A stretch of DNA of 64,000 nucleotides from an uncultured Hyphomicrobiaceae bacterium (GCA_964461525.1 CAYWUX010000001.1:271465-335464), one strand, 5' to 3'. Counted from the stretch's first letter, positions 9,800-21,083 are shown. The notes: generated by a model from the letters alone, not told the origin. Translations and numbers: made by a program.

Positions 9800-10717
9800 A
9801 TGAACAGCAAATTTGCAATTCTAGACGATCGATCAATACTTTTTATCTCGGGGAAAGACACCTACTCATTTCTGCAAGGTCTGATAACAAACAACGTACC
9901 AACTTATGATCCGGTTTTACAGGCAAATGCCAAATTCTCAGCTCTTCTTACTCCACAAGGAAAAATCTTGTTTGATTTCTTTCTGATCACAACGGAAGGC
10001 GGTTATCTCATTGATGTCTCATCACAATTGGCTGAGGAATTGCTGACCAAGCTGCTCTTCTACCGGTTACGGGCAGATGTTCAGATTCGCGACATCAGTG
10101 AGAGTATGAAAATCGTCGCGGTATGGGACGGGAAAGCGGATTTAAGGAGTTCGGGATTGTGCTTCGAAGATCCCCGATTTGCGCCGCTGGGTCAGAGGCT
10201 TGTTTTAACTCAGAATGAGTTCGAGGAATACAAGTCCGATACCAGCGATGTTCAGCAGTCGGGATCAGACTATCGTCGGTACAGAATTTCATTTGGAATA
10301 CCGGAGTTGGGCCAAGATCTGGCGCCCGGAAGCACCTTTCCACATGACATGTGCTTAGACCTATTAAATGGTGTCGATTTTAATAAAGGGTGCTTTGTTG
10401 GTCAGGAAGTCGTCTCACGAATGCGTCACAGGGGAACAGCCCGCAAACGAATTGTCCTGGTTCGGGCACAGACGCCATTGGACAAATCTCAACCTGACAT
10501 AATGTCGGAAAATCGCGTTCTTGGAACCGTGATTTCCATTAATGATACGGATGGGACCGGCATCGTACGACTGGACCGTGTTCGTGAAGCGCTGGAGAGA
10601 AAAGCGCCCATATATTGCGGCCCTGTCGAATTACAACTCAGACCGCCATCTTGGTCCAACTATGAACTTAATCATGACGGTAACAGATTGATTCTCGATG
10701 AAGACTCAGAGATATGA
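9800..10717 (+). CDS. ygfZ: folate-binding YgfZ/CAF17 family protein (Fe-S cluster and tRNA modification associated)
   Basis: 305 aa. Diagnostic KGCFVGQE motif (KGCYxGQE) and GcvT-like fold signatures. Confidence 0.85.
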   Translation: MNSKFAILDDRSILFISGKDTYSFLQGLITNNVPTYDPVLQANAKFSALLTPQGKILFDFFLITTEGGYLIDVSSQLAEELLTKLLFYRLRADVQIRDISESMKIVAVWDGKADLRSSGLCFEDPRFAPLGQRLVLTQNEFEEYKSDTSDVQQSGSDYRRYRISFGIPELGQDLAPGSTFPHDMCLDLLNGVDFNKGCFVGQEVVSRMRHRGTARKRIVLVRAQTPLDKSQPDIMSENRVLGTVISINDTDGTGIVRLDRVREALERKAPIYCGPVELQLRPPSWSNYELNHDGNRLILDEDSEI

Positions 10718-10920
10718 AGCTCTTATGAACGATCCAAATATTGTACGGGACAGATTAAAAATTGAATCCGGCAAAAGGTTCGGGCTTACCTCAAACTGCG
10801 TGGCTTTAAATTCTGTGGACCAGCTATTGTCTAAGCCTTTATGCGGTCGGTCTAAATGATTAATGATCATCTGGCATCCAGCCACCCGCATTAAGCCTGT
10901 TTAGGCTTCGTGGAAAATTT

Positions 10921-11601
10921 GTGCCCCGGAGAACCAGCCTGAAAATGACATCGAACCATAGGAACAGATCTCACACTGTGAACGATGACCTGCCTCGAGC
11001 TTGGCAGAGAATGCTGTCAGGACGGAGGTTGGATTTGCTGAATCCCTCCCCCGCAGATATCGAAATCGAGGATATCGCACACGGTTTGGCAAGGGTTGCC
11101 CGCTGGAATGGACAGACGATTGGCCAAAACGCGTATTCCGTGGCACAGCACTCAGTTTTTGTCCTGGATATTGTTAATTCAATTGGAAATGATCTGTCCA
11201 GTAAATGGCAACTGGCGGCACTGCTACATGATTCTGCAGAATATGTTATAGGTGATCTTATCAGCCCCTTCAAAGCGGCTATCGGTCTGGATTACCGTGC
11301 GTTCGAAAAACTTCTTCTGGAGACCATACATATCCGATTTGGGTTGGAACAAAACGGACCAGATCCACTGAGGGCACTGATCAAACGTGCCGACACGATC
11401 GCAGCATATTATGAAGCTACCGGATTGGCCGGTTTTGATGAACAGGAGGCCCGGCAATATTTTGGAAACCCGGATGATTTTAAAAACCATTTAAACATTC
11501 AGCTCAACAGTTTAACTCCATGGTCCGTGTCACTTGCACAGAAACAGTTTCTCAGGAGATTTCGAGAGCTCTATGGTGACAAATCCATGGTCCCGGATTA
11601 A
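10921..11601 (+). CDS. HD-domain phosphohydrolase (YfbR / COG1896-like)
   Basis: 226 aa. Contains VAQHSVFV and LLHDSAEYVIGDLISP (H...HD...D). GTG start at 10921, with an alternative ATG at 10945. Confidence 0.75.
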   Translation: MPRRTSLKMTSNHRNRSHTVNDDLPRAWQRMLSGRRLDLLNPSPADIEIEDIAHGLARVARWNGQTIGQNAYSVAQHSVFVLDIVNSIGNDLSSKWQLAALLHDSAEYVIGDLISPFKAAIGLDYRAFEKLLLETIHIRFGLEQNGPDPLRALIKRADTIAAYYEATGLAGFDEQEARQYFGNPDDFKNHLNIQLNSLTPWSVSLAQKQFLRRFRELYGDKSMVPD

Positions 11602-11753
11602 CTTTCGTAGCGATGGCCAATGATTGAGGAAAACAAAGAAATTGACATTTAATGTTCACGAGAGATTCTTATATTTATTCTGTACTCATGTGAACGCGTG
11701 ATTCGCTCAGATGACAAACTGCACTTAATCCATGCAGGCTTGGATATGAGAAT

Positions 11754-12311
11754 ATGATTGCAGCCAAACAAACAACCGACTCAGGAATACGTGACAGATT
11801 AATTTATGTCTGCTCCCTGAGCAAAGTAAACGACATCGTTTCCAGAGTCAGTGCAAGTCATCTGATTACCCTTATCAACAATGAAGCCATGATCGACACG
11901 CCGCAATGTATTGATAATGCAAATCATCTTAGACTCGCAATGAATGATATCTCAGAACCGGCCGAAGGCTTGGTTTTGCCAAACCATGGTCATGTGTCCG
12001 AGCTGATTGAATTTACAAAGGCCTGGCACAAACAGGCGCCTATCGTTATCCACTGCTGGGCCGGCATCAGCCGGTCAACAGCTGCCGCCTTCATTTCTCT
12101 TTGTGTTTTGAATCCAGGCGCCGACGAATTGACGATTGCGCGGATGCTAAGGAAGGCCTCGCCATCAGCGCAACCCAACCGAAGATTGGTCAGTATTGCA
12201 GATCAAATCCTCACGCGAAATGGCAGAATGAACAAAGCGATCGAAGACATAGGTCAAGGGGTCCTTGTCCACGAAGGAGCGCCGTTTTCTGTCTCGCACA
12301 GAATTGGTTGA
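11754..12311 (+). CDS. cysteine-based protein tyrosine / dual-specificity phosphatase-like protein
   Basis: 185 aa. CX5R(S/T) P-loop in VIHCWAGISRST. Confidence 0.75.
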   Translation: MIAAKQTTDSGIRDRLIYVCSLSKVNDIVSRVSASHLITLINNEAMIDTPQCIDNANHLRLAMNDISEPAEGLVLPNHGHVSELIEFTKAWHKQAPIVIHCWAGISRSTAAAFISLCVLNPGADELTIARMLRKASPSAQPNRRLVSIADQILTRNGRMNKAIEDIGQGVLVHEGAPFSVSHRIG

Positions 12312-12489
12312 CCCGCAATCGACTTGTATATAACCGAAGTTTGGGTAGGCATTTAACTTCCCACCGAATTATAATAAACCTATTATTCTCAAGTTGGGGC
12401 TTGTATTCTTCAAATTGCAAACCTAGTTCCAACGGTGTGCAACAAAAGGCGCGAACAGGTCAATCAGTTATCGGCTATTGGGAGCGACT

Positions 12490-12720
12490 ATGCCAAAGCT
12501 TATTTTAATTTATGGAATTGTCTGTCTTGCCAGCGCTTTTCTGGCAATTCTTGTTGCAAAATTTAAAAAGCGGAGCGCTGATCATTGGGGCTTTTCCAGT
12601 TTTATCTTTCCACCTGCACTGCTAATTTTATTGCTTCTCTCAAAAAACACAGCACCAGCCGAAAAATCTGCCCTCACAGAAAAAGATATTCGGAAACTTA
12701 AAGAAAGTATGTGGGATTAA
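12490..12720 (+). CDS. small two-helix membrane protein
   Basis: ORF 12478..12720. The ATG at 12490 is preceded by GGGAG. MPKLILIYGIVCLASAFLAILVA and FIFPPALLILLLL are hydrophobic segments. Confidence 0.5.
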   Translation: MPKLILIYGIVCLASAFLAILVAKFKKRSADHWGFSSFIFPPALLILLLLSKNTAPAEKSALTEKDIRKLKESMWD

Positions 12721-12814
12721 TATTCGGCTTATGGCGCCAATATTCCCGCTTCGACAAATAATTCTGGTTTCCACTGGAACGACAGACCTAGATCTGCATT
12801 GAGACCTAAGTTGC

Positions 12815-13894
12815 CTATCTCGCCGACACTCTTTCAAATTCCGGCCTCAAATAAAACTTGTGATTTCCAATGGTCGTTATCTTCCGCATGGTACGCGCCC
12901 AGTCAGGATTTACCGAACTGGCATGATACTGATTTGCATTCCCAATCTCATTCAGCCAAATTTTGCCATCAAAAACCTTTTTCGCCAGAGCTTGAACCTC
13001 CCTCCATTTCTCTGCGTCCCTGATAACATCGGGAATTCCATCACAGGCAAATGAGAACTGGCATTTGTTGCGCAAGTGTTCACCTTCGAGGACCACGCCG
13101 CAAACGGTATCCGGATGGAAGCTATTTCTGACCCTGTTCATAATGACCTGAGCCACGGCCTTCTGTCCGCGTTCGGGTTCTCCACGAGCTTCAAAATAAA
13201 TCGCTTTGGAAAGACAGCTTAGATCCCTCTGTCTTGCTTCTTTGCTTAATCTGGTGCCGTAAATAAGATTATGGGGACCGGAAAACCTGTAGTGTTCCGG
13301 AAGATTCGGTATCTCAGAAATCGTCTCACCCGTTGTCGGATCAATAATTCTGAACCTGCCCCGCTCAATTTCGGACGCAGCATCTGATCTAACCTCCACT
13401 GGTTGAGCGCCGGCTGAAACAAACCGGTTTTTCCAGTTCGAAAGCCGAACAGGTTGCTGCCAGCTCTCCTCCGCAAAGCCGGGCTTGAGCGCCTTGTGAA
13501 CCATATCCAGGGATGAGATCTGGTTACTTTCGGTAGCAGGTCTTTGTTGCGAATGGTTCTTTGGGGTATGAATGGCAGCATCAAAAGGCTCAGATGTTAA
13601 AGATACTAAAACAGGTGCAGACCGGGACTGCCGGTCCGGATGATCGCCGGAAATTTGAGTGTGGATTGCTCCCGTATGTTCCTGGTTAAGAGACAGAGAC
13701 TTGCCTGGGGATATTGATTTTTTAAAGAAGCTGTGATTAATCCCGTCGGCCAAACGCACCTGCTCAATAACGGACATTACTTCAACTCCAACAAAAAAGA
13801 AGGCGACCAAGCACATTGCTGACTTGAAGCGATCTGATCCGATAAGCCTTCTCATTATCACTAATACTCCGACTGAAATAAAATGATCTTCCAA
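12815..13894 (-). CDS. cell wall hydrolase, SleB/Hydrolase_2 family, membrane anchored
   Basis: 359 aa. C-terminal CLSKAIYFEARGEPERGQKAVAQVIMNRV and QFSFACDG match SleB-type hydrolases. The N-terminal helix is AMCLVAFFFVGV. The start could be the ATG at 13855. Confidence 0.8.
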   Translation of the reverse strand: MEDHFISVGVLVIMRRLIGSDRFKSAMCLVAFFFVGVEVMSVIEQVRLADGINHSFFKKSISPGKSLSLNQEHTGAIHTQISGDHPDRQSRSAPVLVSLTSEPFDAAIHTPKNHSQQRPATESNQISSLDMVHKALKPGFAEESWQQPVRLSNWKNRFVSAGAQPVEVRSDAASEIERGRFRIIDPTTGETISEIPNLPEHYRFSGPHNLIYGTRLSKEARQRDLSCLSKAIYFEARGEPERGQKAVAQVIMNRVRNSFHPDTVCGVVLEGEHLRNKCQFSFACDGIPDVIRDAEKWREVQALAKKVFDGKIWLNEIGNANQYHASSVNPDWARTMRKITTIGNHKFYLRPEFERVSAR

Positions 13895-14075
13895 ATTTAA
13901 AATGGGTAAATAATTGCTTAAAAGCTTTGATTTACAGCGAAATCAGAGCATGCCGGATCTTATGTACTTGTTGTCGTCATTTGATATATTACAAGTTATA
14001 TAGTTGATAGTTTATTAAATAGAGCTTCAATTCTCTTGTGCTTTCCCAAATTTCCAAAAAAAAACTGTGTTCTGG

Positions 14076-15041
14076 CTATTTGAACCGGAAATCGAATTTT
14101 TTCATGATTGAATATTCTGATTGGAAAGGCTTGTCGCAAAATTCTGCGAGATCGAATTTGGTTTCAATTACCTCGATCCCCCTCCGTCCGAACCTTTCTC
14201 GAAGACTCGAACGAAGCCAGTCTTGAGACTTCCGCATTCGACTGGACACTATTATATTCCTGGCACCGAGTGACGCATAGTGATCTGAAATGGATTGGCT
14301 GAGTTCGCCAATACCTTCCACGCGCACAACTGAAGTTCCAATAACCGGAACATCCCAGTCGCCCCCTAACGGTTTGGTCAGGCTCAATGAACTTCTGACA
14401 TCGTGGAGGGCCCGTTCGGCGACCATTCCAAGATCGGTTTTTGTTACGACAGCTATATCGGGAATTTCTATTGCACCGGCCTTGATATATTGCAACCCGT
14501 CTCCCGACGCCGGTTGTATGCACAGAACAACCGAGTCGGCTACCGAAGAAATATCCACCTCAGACTGTCCAATTCCAACGGTCTCGACGATTACCCGATC
14601 AAAAATTGCCTGGAGCAAGACGACAGAAGGGTAAGTAAATTCTGAGAGACCTCCCAATCTGTCTCTGCTGGCCATGGAGCGTACAAATACACCTTCGTCA
14701 TCCGGATTCAGATCGAAACGCGCGCGATCACCGAGCAATGCCCCGCCGGATATCTGAGACGATGGATCAACAGCAATTATTCCAACGCTTAGATTCTGAC
14801 CACGGTAAATCTGTGCCAGTGCACTAATGAGAGTTGATTTTCCTACCCCGGGCGGCCCGGTAATGCCGACGACGTGGGCGCGTTCCAGCTCAAACGCACG
14901 ATCCAAGAAAGCCCGTGTTCGGGATTCGCTCCAGGAAGTCTCAATTTTCGTTAGTGCTTTTGAAATCCTGGCTTTATCGACAGTTCGAAACTGGGCTAGT
15001 TCGGTGCAGAAATCAAACATTGCATCCTCGCTCCGCATCAT
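14076..15041 (-). CDS. MeaB/ArgK-family G3E P-loop GTPase
   Basis: 321 aa. Contains GITGPPGVGKST, DPSSQISGGALLGDR and ETVGIGQSE. The base-specificity motif reads VVTKTD rather than NKAD. An alternative ATG at 15020 has a better SD (GGAGCGAGGA). Confidence 0.85.
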   Translation of the reverse strand: MMRSEDAMFDFCTELAQFRTVDKARISKALTKIETSWSESRTRAFLDRAFELERAHVVGITGPPGVGKSTLISALAQIYRGQNLSVGIIAVDPSSQISGGALLGDRARFDLNPDDEGVFVRSMASRDRLGGLSEFTYPSVVLLQAIFDRVIVETVGIGQSEVDISSVADSVVLCIQPASGDGLQYIKAGAIEIPDIAVVTKTDLGMVAERALHDVRSSLSLTKPLGGDWDVPVIGTSVVRVEGIGELSQSISDHYASLGARNIIVSSRMRKSQDWLRSSLRERFGRRGIEVIETKFDLAEFCDKPFQSEYSIMKKFDFRFK

Positions 15042-15066
15042 CGCGAAGGCACGGAGTTAAGTAGGA

Positions 15067-17763
15067 CTAGATCTTGCTGGCTATCGCGGATTGTGCAGCG
15101 GCCAACCTGGCCACAGGAACCCGATATGGCGAGCACGAAACATAGTCAAGGCCGACCTGGTGACAGAATTCAATGGATTTCGGGTCTCCCCCATGCTCAC
15201 CACAAATTCCCAGTTTCAAGTTTCCGTTTGTGCTTCGACCTCGTTTCACACCAATTTTCACCAGTTCCCCCACGCCCTCAACGTCAATTGAAATAAATGG
15301 GTCCGTATCGATCAATCCTTTTTCAACATATTCTGTGAGGAAACTTCCGGCGTCATCTCTGGAAATTCCAAGACCGGTTTGCGTTAAATCATTGGTGCCG
15401 AAAGAAAAGAAGTCCGCTGACTGCGCAATTTCATCCGCCTTAAGACAGGCTCTCGGAAGTTCGATCATCGTACCGATGGTATATTCAATTTTTGTACCGG
15501 TTTCGCTCTCCACCTGTTTCGCCACTTCGCGCACACGTCCGGCCAGAAAATCAAACTCAGGCCGGCCGATTATCAGAGGAATCATAATTTCGGGCTCCAC
15601 CGGCTCGCCTGTTTTTTTAGACATACTGACGGCAGCTTCCAGTATCGCCCTTGCCTGCATTTCGGTAATTTCCGGATATGTAATAGCGAGACGACATCCG
15701 CGATGACCGAGCATTGGATTGAACTCTTGAAGTTCCTGAATGCGATTATGGAGAGCCTTAGGTGTAACGCCGATGGCAGACGAAACATCTTCAATCTCCG
15801 CATCCCCGTGGGGCAGGAATTCATGCAGTGGTGGATCCAAAAGGCGAATTGTCACCGGCATGCCGGCCATAATTTCAAACAAAGCTTCAAAATCACTGCG
15901 CTGCATCGGAAGAAGCTTGGCCAATGCTTTGCGGCGGCCTTCCTCAGTTTCAGACAAAATCATTTGTCGAACAGCGAGTATTCTTTCTTCGTCAAAAAAC
16001 ATATGCTCTGTGCGGCAGAGACCTATACCTTCACAACCAAATTTTTTCGCCGTCGAAGCATCAACCGCTGTGTCGGCGTTGGCTCGCACACCGAGTACCC
16101 GGACTTTGTCTGCCCAGGCCATCAACTTGGCAAAGTCTCCCGACAATTCAGGCTGCTTCATTTTAACGCTACCCAGAATGACTTGCCCTGCGGTGCCATC
16201 GATTGTGATCAGATCGCCTTTTTTCAGGGTGTGAGTACCAGCCTTCATTGTCTCATCTTTGTAGTCGATTCGAATTGTTCCGGCCCCGGAAACGCATGGC
16301 CTGCCCATACCACGCGCGACCACCGCCGCGTGACTTGTCATGCCACCCCGGGTAGTCAAAATTCCAACCGCAGCATGCATACCATGAATATCTTCAGGAC
16401 TCGTCTCCACACGAACCAGAATGACATCCTTACCATTTGCTTTCATCGCCTCGGCTTCATCGGAATTAAATACAATTTCACCCGATGCAGCTCCTGGTGA
16501 GGCCGGCAATCCCGTCGCAATCACATTACGGTCGGCATTAGGATCAAGCGTGGGATGGAGTAGCTGGTTGAGCGCGGCCGGTTCAATGCGCATAACAGCC
16601 TGCTCCTGGGAAATTACCCCCTCTTCGGCCAGATCAATTGCAATTTTGAGGGCGGCTTCAACTGTCCTCTTTCCGGCCCTGGTCTGCAGCATCCACAAAT
16701 TACCGTTCTGGACGGTAAATTCGATATCCTGCATATCCTTGTAGCGGGCTTCGAGTTTCTCGCAAATCGTTTTGAACTCCGAAAAGACCTCCGGCATTAA
16801 AGCTTCAAGTGAGGGGAGTTCGTCTCCGGCCTGAATGCGCGCTTGTTCGGTTAAGCTCTGAGGCGTTCTGATACCGGCAACGACATCTTCTCCTTGCGCA
16901 TTTACCAAAAATTCTCCATAGAGCTTTTTCTCACCGGTGGAAGGGTTTCTGGTAAACGCAACTCCGGTCGCACTATTGTTACCCAGATTACCGAACACCA
17001 TCGCCTGAACGTTAACCGCCGTTCCCCAATGTGCTGGGATATCATGCAGTTTCCGATAAGTGATTGCACGAGCGTTCTGCCATGAGCCGAACACAGCGCT
17101 GATAGCCCCCCACAACTGCTTGTTGATATCCTGTGGAAAAGGCTCACCGAGTTCCTGCTCCACGCACTTTTTGTAGGACTCAACAATTCCGACCCAATCA
17201 TCCGCATCAAGTTCGGTATCATTGAATAATCCGGTCTCATTTTTAAATGATTGCAAAATGTCCTCGAACAAATGATGATCGACGCTCAGGCAAACATCTG
17301 AATACATCTGAATAAAGCGCCGATAGGAATCGTATGCAAATCTGCGATCGGACGATCGTTCGGCCAGCCCGTCAACTGTCTGATCATTGAGGCCCAGATT
17401 CAATACCGTGTCCATCATGCCCGGCATGGAAGCCGGCGCGCCGGAGCGGACGGATACGAGAAGCGGATTGTTCCGGTCGCCGAATTGAGCCCCGACAGCC
17501 TTGCCGACCTCCGCGACCGCCAGTTCCACTTGGTCAATCAGTCCTTCAGGTAACTTTCGGCCCAGGTCATAGTAAGCCGAACAGACCTCTGTCGTGATTG
17601 TGAACCCCGGGGGAACCGGCAACCCCAGATTTGCCATTTCAGCCAAATTGGCACCCTTGCCGCCTAACAGTTCCTTTAATTCGGCAGAACCATCAGCCAA
17701 TCCAGATCCGAATTTGTACACCCACTTGTGTTTAACATTGTCCGTTGCCAAAGCCTGGCTCAT
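15067..17763 (-). CDS. ppdK: pyruvate, phosphate dikinase
   Basis: 898 aa. Phosphohistidine loop GGMTSHAAVVARG and PEP-utilising C-terminal block GLCRTEHMF. Confidence 0.97.
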   Translation of the reverse strand: MSQALATDNVKHKWVYKFGSGLADGSAELKELLGGKGANLAEMANLGLPVPPGFTITTEVCSAYYDLGRKLPEGLIDQVELAVAEVGKAVGAQFGDRNNPLLVSVRSGAPASMPGMMDTVLNLGLNDQTVDGLAERSSDRRFAYDSYRRFIQMYSDVCLSVDHHLFEDILQSFKNETGLFNDTELDADDWVGIVESYKKCVEQELGEPFPQDINKQLWGAISAVFGSWQNARAITYRKLHDIPAHWGTAVNVQAMVFGNLGNNSATGVAFTRNPSTGEKKLYGEFLVNAQGEDVVAGIRTPQSLTEQARIQAGDELPSLEALMPEVFSEFKTICEKLEARYKDMQDIEFTVQNGNLWMLQTRAGKRTVEAALKIAIDLAEEGVISQEQAVMRIEPAALNQLLHPTLDPNADRNVIATGLPASPGAASGEIVFNSDEAEAMKANGKDVILVRVETSPEDIHGMHAAVGILTTRGGMTSHAAVVARGMGRPCVSGAGTIRIDYKDETMKAGTHTLKKGDLITIDGTAGQVILGSVKMKQPELSGDFAKLMAWADKVRVLGVRANADTAVDASTAKKFGCEGIGLCRTEHMFFDEERILAVRQMILSETEEGRRKALAKLLPMQRSDFEALFEIMAGMPVTIRLLDPPLHEFLPHGDAEIEDVSSAIGVTPKALHNRIQELQEFNPMLGHRGCRLAITYPEITEMQARAILEAAVSMSKKTGEPVEPEIMIPLIIGRPEFDFLAGRVREVAKQVESETGTKIEYTIGTMIELPRACLKADEIAQSADFFSFGTNDLTQTGLGISRDDAGSFLTEYVEKGLIDTDPFISIDVEGVGELVKIGVKRGRSTNGNLKLGICGEHGGDPKSIEFCHQVGLDYVSCSPYRVPVARLAAAQSAIASKI

Positions 17764-18022
17764 TGACGTTGCTCCTTAGCAATTCTGTCGACGCCGTGCC
17801 CAAATTGCGCCTTAGAGTGTGTTAGGGCGGGCAGTCCAATGTCATAAATCCGAAGATTTTCCTGATGAACTGGCACACCGAATTACATTAATGAGAATCC
17901 CTTTTACAGGCATTGATTTAGCACCTAAATGGCAGCCCTATAATCGAAATTTACACACGTGGTGAAAAATGTTGAAAGAGAAAGCGACATATTGGTTTTT
18001 AACAATTATTCCAATAAGTTAA

Positions 18023-20137
18023 TCATCGTTCTCCACCCATGATCACGCTGTAATCAGCGATATCACCGGCAATGCTTCGCACGGCGGATAGTAAATTTAA
18101 CCTATTTTCCCGAATCGAAGGGTCGTCGGTGTTCACAATGACATGTTCAAAAAAGGAATCAACGGGATCCCGCAGCTCTGAAAGGGACTGCATCGCGGAT
18201 TTGAAATCTTCATTTTGAACAGCCTTTCTGGTGTCTTCTGCAACCCTGTTTATGGCTGCATATAGCAGTTTTTCATCCATTTCTTTAAGAAGTTGAGGCT
18301 CGATCGAACCGTCGTAAGAGCGGTTGTCCTTTTTCTCCTCAATTTTGAGGATGTTTTCAGCCCGCTTAATCCCGGCAATAAGGTTAATTCCGTCACTCGT
18401 TACCAAGCATTCTTCAACGGCCCGGATGCGCTTGACAATCATGAGCAGATCTTCCCGATCACCGGCGGTGATGACCGCCTCGATTACGTCATGGCGCACG
18501 CCTTTGTCCCGCAGGTAAATTTTCAGCCGTTCAGCAAAAAATGAAAGCAAGTCCTTGGTAAGCTCCGCTAATTTGCGGTCATCCATTTTACGCAACAGAT
18601 CTGACGCCCCCGAAACGTCCCGATAGTTGTCGATCGCCTTGTCAAATACCGAACGCAATGGAAGCCGGATTTCATTTTCCAGCACCAGCCTGATAATCCC
18701 CAAAGCCGCCCGTCTTAACGCGTAGGGGTCTTTTGAACCCGTTGGTTTCTCGTCAATTGCCCAGAATCCTGCGATGGTGTCCAATTTATCCGCCAGAGCG
18801 ACAATCGTTGATACAGGCCGCTCCGGGATGTCGTCATTGGGACCGGCTGGCTTGTAATGTTCTCCTATGGCAAAGGCAATTTCCTCGGATTCTCCCTGCT
18901 CCAGAGCCAGATAATAACCCATCAAACCCTGCAGATCGGGAAACTCCCCCACTATCTCCGACACCAGATCAGCCTTACAAAGTTTTGCCGCTCGCGTGAC
19001 CACCTCCAATTCGGCGTCGATATAAGTCGCCAGCACGCGCGCCAACTTAACGATGCGGGAAACGCGTTCAGATTGGCGCCCGAGTTTCTCGTGGAATATC
19101 ACGCCATCGAGTTTTTCAGTCTGGTCCTCGAGCGGTTTGCGGCGATCCTGGTCCCAAAAAAATCTAGCATCGGCCAGTCGAGCGCGAATGACCCGCTCGT
19201 TGCCATGGACGACGGCTTCGCCCCCATCCGCCGCAATCAGATTTGAGACAAGCAGGAACCGATTGGCAAGTTTATCGTTTTTTCTGTCCACCAGTGAGAA
19301 ACATTTCTGATGTTTCTTCATCGATGTAATCAGGACTTCTGGAGGCACCGCCAGATAGTCCTCATCGAATATTCCCAACAAAACCGTAGGCCATTCGACA
19401 AGACCACATGTCTCAGACAAGAGGCCCTGATCCTCCACGAGATTGAGTTTTTCCGAGTTTGCCAGTTTTTTGGCTTGTTCGATGATTGCCTCTTGTCGCG
19501 TGTTGGCATTTAACATCACAAATGCCGCCTCGAGTTTCGACTTGTACTCGTCTATTTTATCAATGACTATTCGTTCCGGTGCGAGGAAACGGTGACCCAG
19601 AGTCTCATTTCCAGATGAAATGCCATCGACTTCAAACGACACCACCTCATCGTCAAACAGACAAACAATTCTGTGAAGCGGCCGCACCCAGCGCAAACTG
19701 CCGTCGCCCCAGCGCATCGATTTCGACCACGGAAACTTCCGAACGACATCCGGCACCAATTGTTTAATTATCTCTTGCGCTGTCTTGCCCGGCCTTTCAA
19801 TGGTCGCGACATAATATTCACCCTTTTTGTCGCTGCCGATTTTGCACTGTTCCAAGCTCTGCAGCCCGACAGATTTTAAAAATCCCGAAATTGCTTTTTC
19901 TGGCGCTCCTAGACGTGGTCCTTTGCGCTCTTCGCGAAAATCAGGAGAATTCGAAGGCACTTCCTTCACAATGAGCGACAGACGTCTGGGCGTCGCGAAT
20001 GACGATACCTCACCCCAAGTGAGATCTTCGGCGCCGAAACCTTGCAGGATCAGCCGTTCAAGATCCTGTACAGCCCGGCTCTGCAATCCGGCAGGAATTT
20101 CCTCGGAAAAAAGTTCCAACAAAAAATCAGCCATCAA
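18023..20137 (-). CDS. glyS: glycine--tRNA ligase beta subunit
   Basis: 704 aa. The N-terminus [15 protein letters not shown] is typical of GlyS. It overlaps the glyQ stop by 11 nt. Confidence 0.95.
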   Translation of the reverse strand: MMADFLLELFSEEIPAGLQSRAVQDLERLILQGFGAEDLTWGEVSSFATPRRLSLIVKEVPSNSPDFREERKGPRLGAPEKAISGFLKSVGLQSLEQCKIGSDKKGEYYVATIERPGKTAQEIIKQLVPDVVRKFPWSKSMRWGDGSLRWVRPLHRIVCLFDDEVVSFEVDGISSGNETLGHRFLAPERIVIDKIDEYKSKLEAAFVMLNANTRQEAIIEQAKKLANSEKLNLVEDQGLLSETCGLVEWPTVLLGIFDEDYLAVPPEVLITSMKKHQKCFSLVDRKNDKLANRFLLVSNLIAADGGEAVVHGNERVIRARLADARFFWDQDRRKPLEDQTEKLDGVIFHEKLGRQSERVSRIVKLARVLATYIDAELEVVTRAAKLCKADLVSEIVGEFPDLQGLMGYYLALEQGESEEIAFAIGEHYKPAGPNDDIPERPVSTIVALADKLDTIAGFWAIDEKPTGSKDPYALRRAALGIIRLVLENEIRLPLRSVFDKAIDNYRDVSGASDLLRKMDDRKLAELTKDLLSFFAERLKIYLRDKGVRHDVIEAVITAGDREDLLMIVKRIRAVEECLVTSDGINLIAGIKRAENILKIEEKKDNRSYDGSIEPQLLKEMDEKLLYAAINRVAEDTRKAVQNEDFKSAMQSLSELRDPVDSFFEHVIVNTDDPSIRENRLNLLSAVRSIAGDIADYSVIMGGER

Positions 20138-21083
20138 AACCGCCCGCCTCAGTTCTTAGCCACGCCGAACAACAGGCCTTGGCCAATTCCCGTACACGTA
20201 GAATATATGACTGCCGTTCTGTCACCGATATAACGCCTCTTGCATCCAGAAGATTAAAAATATGAGACGCTTTTATGCACTGGTCGTAAGCTGGTAGCAC
20301 ACACTGATGCGGCCCGGACTCTCCAACGTCGCCAGCCTCCAGAAGTTGCCGGCATTCCTGTTCCGCGTCACGAAAATGCCGAAAGAGGATATCGACATCG
20401 GCAAGCTCAAAATTGTACCGGGAGAATTCCTTCTCAGATTGAAGATATACGTCACCATAGTTGAGCGCTCGGTCGTCATCACGTCCATTAAAAGACACAT
20501 CAAATACGCTATCTACGCCCTGACAATACATGGCCAGGCGTTCAAGGCCATATGTAAGTTCGCCGGATACTGGCCTGCAGTCAAATCCTCCTACCTGTTG
20601 GAAATAGGTGAATTGAGATACCTCCATACCATCGCACCAGACTTCCCAGCCAAGGCCCCACGCACCGAGCGAAGGACTCTCCCAATCATCTTCAACAAAC
20701 CTTATGTCGTGATGTTCTGAATCGATTCCGATTGCGTGGAGACTTTTCAAATAGAGTTCCTGTATATCATCAGGCGATGGTTTCAGGATGACCTGAAACT
20801 GATAATAATGTTGTAGTCGGTTGGGGTTTTGCCCGTAACGCCCGTCACTCGGTCGTCTCGAAGGCTGAACATAAGCGGCGTTCCATGGTTTTGGACCTAA
20901 GGCTCTCAATGTTGTCGCCGGATGGAATGTACCGGCTCCGACTTCCATGTCATAGGGTTGCAAAATCACACAGCCATATTTCGCCCAATAAATTTGCAAC
21001 GTCAGTATGAGGTCCTGGAAAGACGTTTGCGGATTAAGGCTCCGATTTGCCACATGATCGGTTGCTGAAAATTTAATGGACAT
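20127..21083 (-). CDS. glyQ: glycine--tRNA ligase alpha subunit
   Basis: 318 aa. Contains [13 protein letters not shown] and [26 protein letters not shown]. Confidence 0.97.
   Translation of the reverse strand: MSIKFSATDHVANRSLNPQTSFQDLILTLQIYWAKYGCVILQPYDMEVGAGTFHPATTLRALGPKPWNAAYVQPSRRPSDGRYGQNPNRLQHYYQFQVILKPSPDDIQELYLKSLHAIGIDSEHHDIRFVEDDWESPSLGAWGLGWEVWCDGMEVSQFTYFQQVGGFDCRPVSGELTYGLERLAMYCQGVDSVFDVSFNGRDDDRALNYGDVYLQSEKEFSRYNFELADVDILFRHFRDAEQECRQLLEAGDVGESGPHQCVLPAYDQCIKASHIFNLLDARGVISVTERQSYILRVRELAKACCSAWLRTEAGGFDG

Noticed and set aside
10706-10891. 61-aa minus-strand ORF in the ygfZ / HD-gene spacer.
   Set aside because: It overlaps the ygfZ stop, has no RBS or motifs and is opposite to an otherwise uniform plus-strand gene run. 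A short AAGCCT-gttt-AGGCTT hairpin in the same spacer is too weak to call as a terminator.
15703-16500. 265-aa plus-strand ORF, with several 60-180-aa ORFs, inside the ppdK region.
   Set aside because: These are antisense shadow frames of a very well supported 898-aa PPDK gene. Their composition is Arg/Ser/Cys-rich and low in complexity, with no motifs. The same reasoning applies to antisense ORFs inside glyS, smc, thrC, the ACAD gene and the sensor gene.
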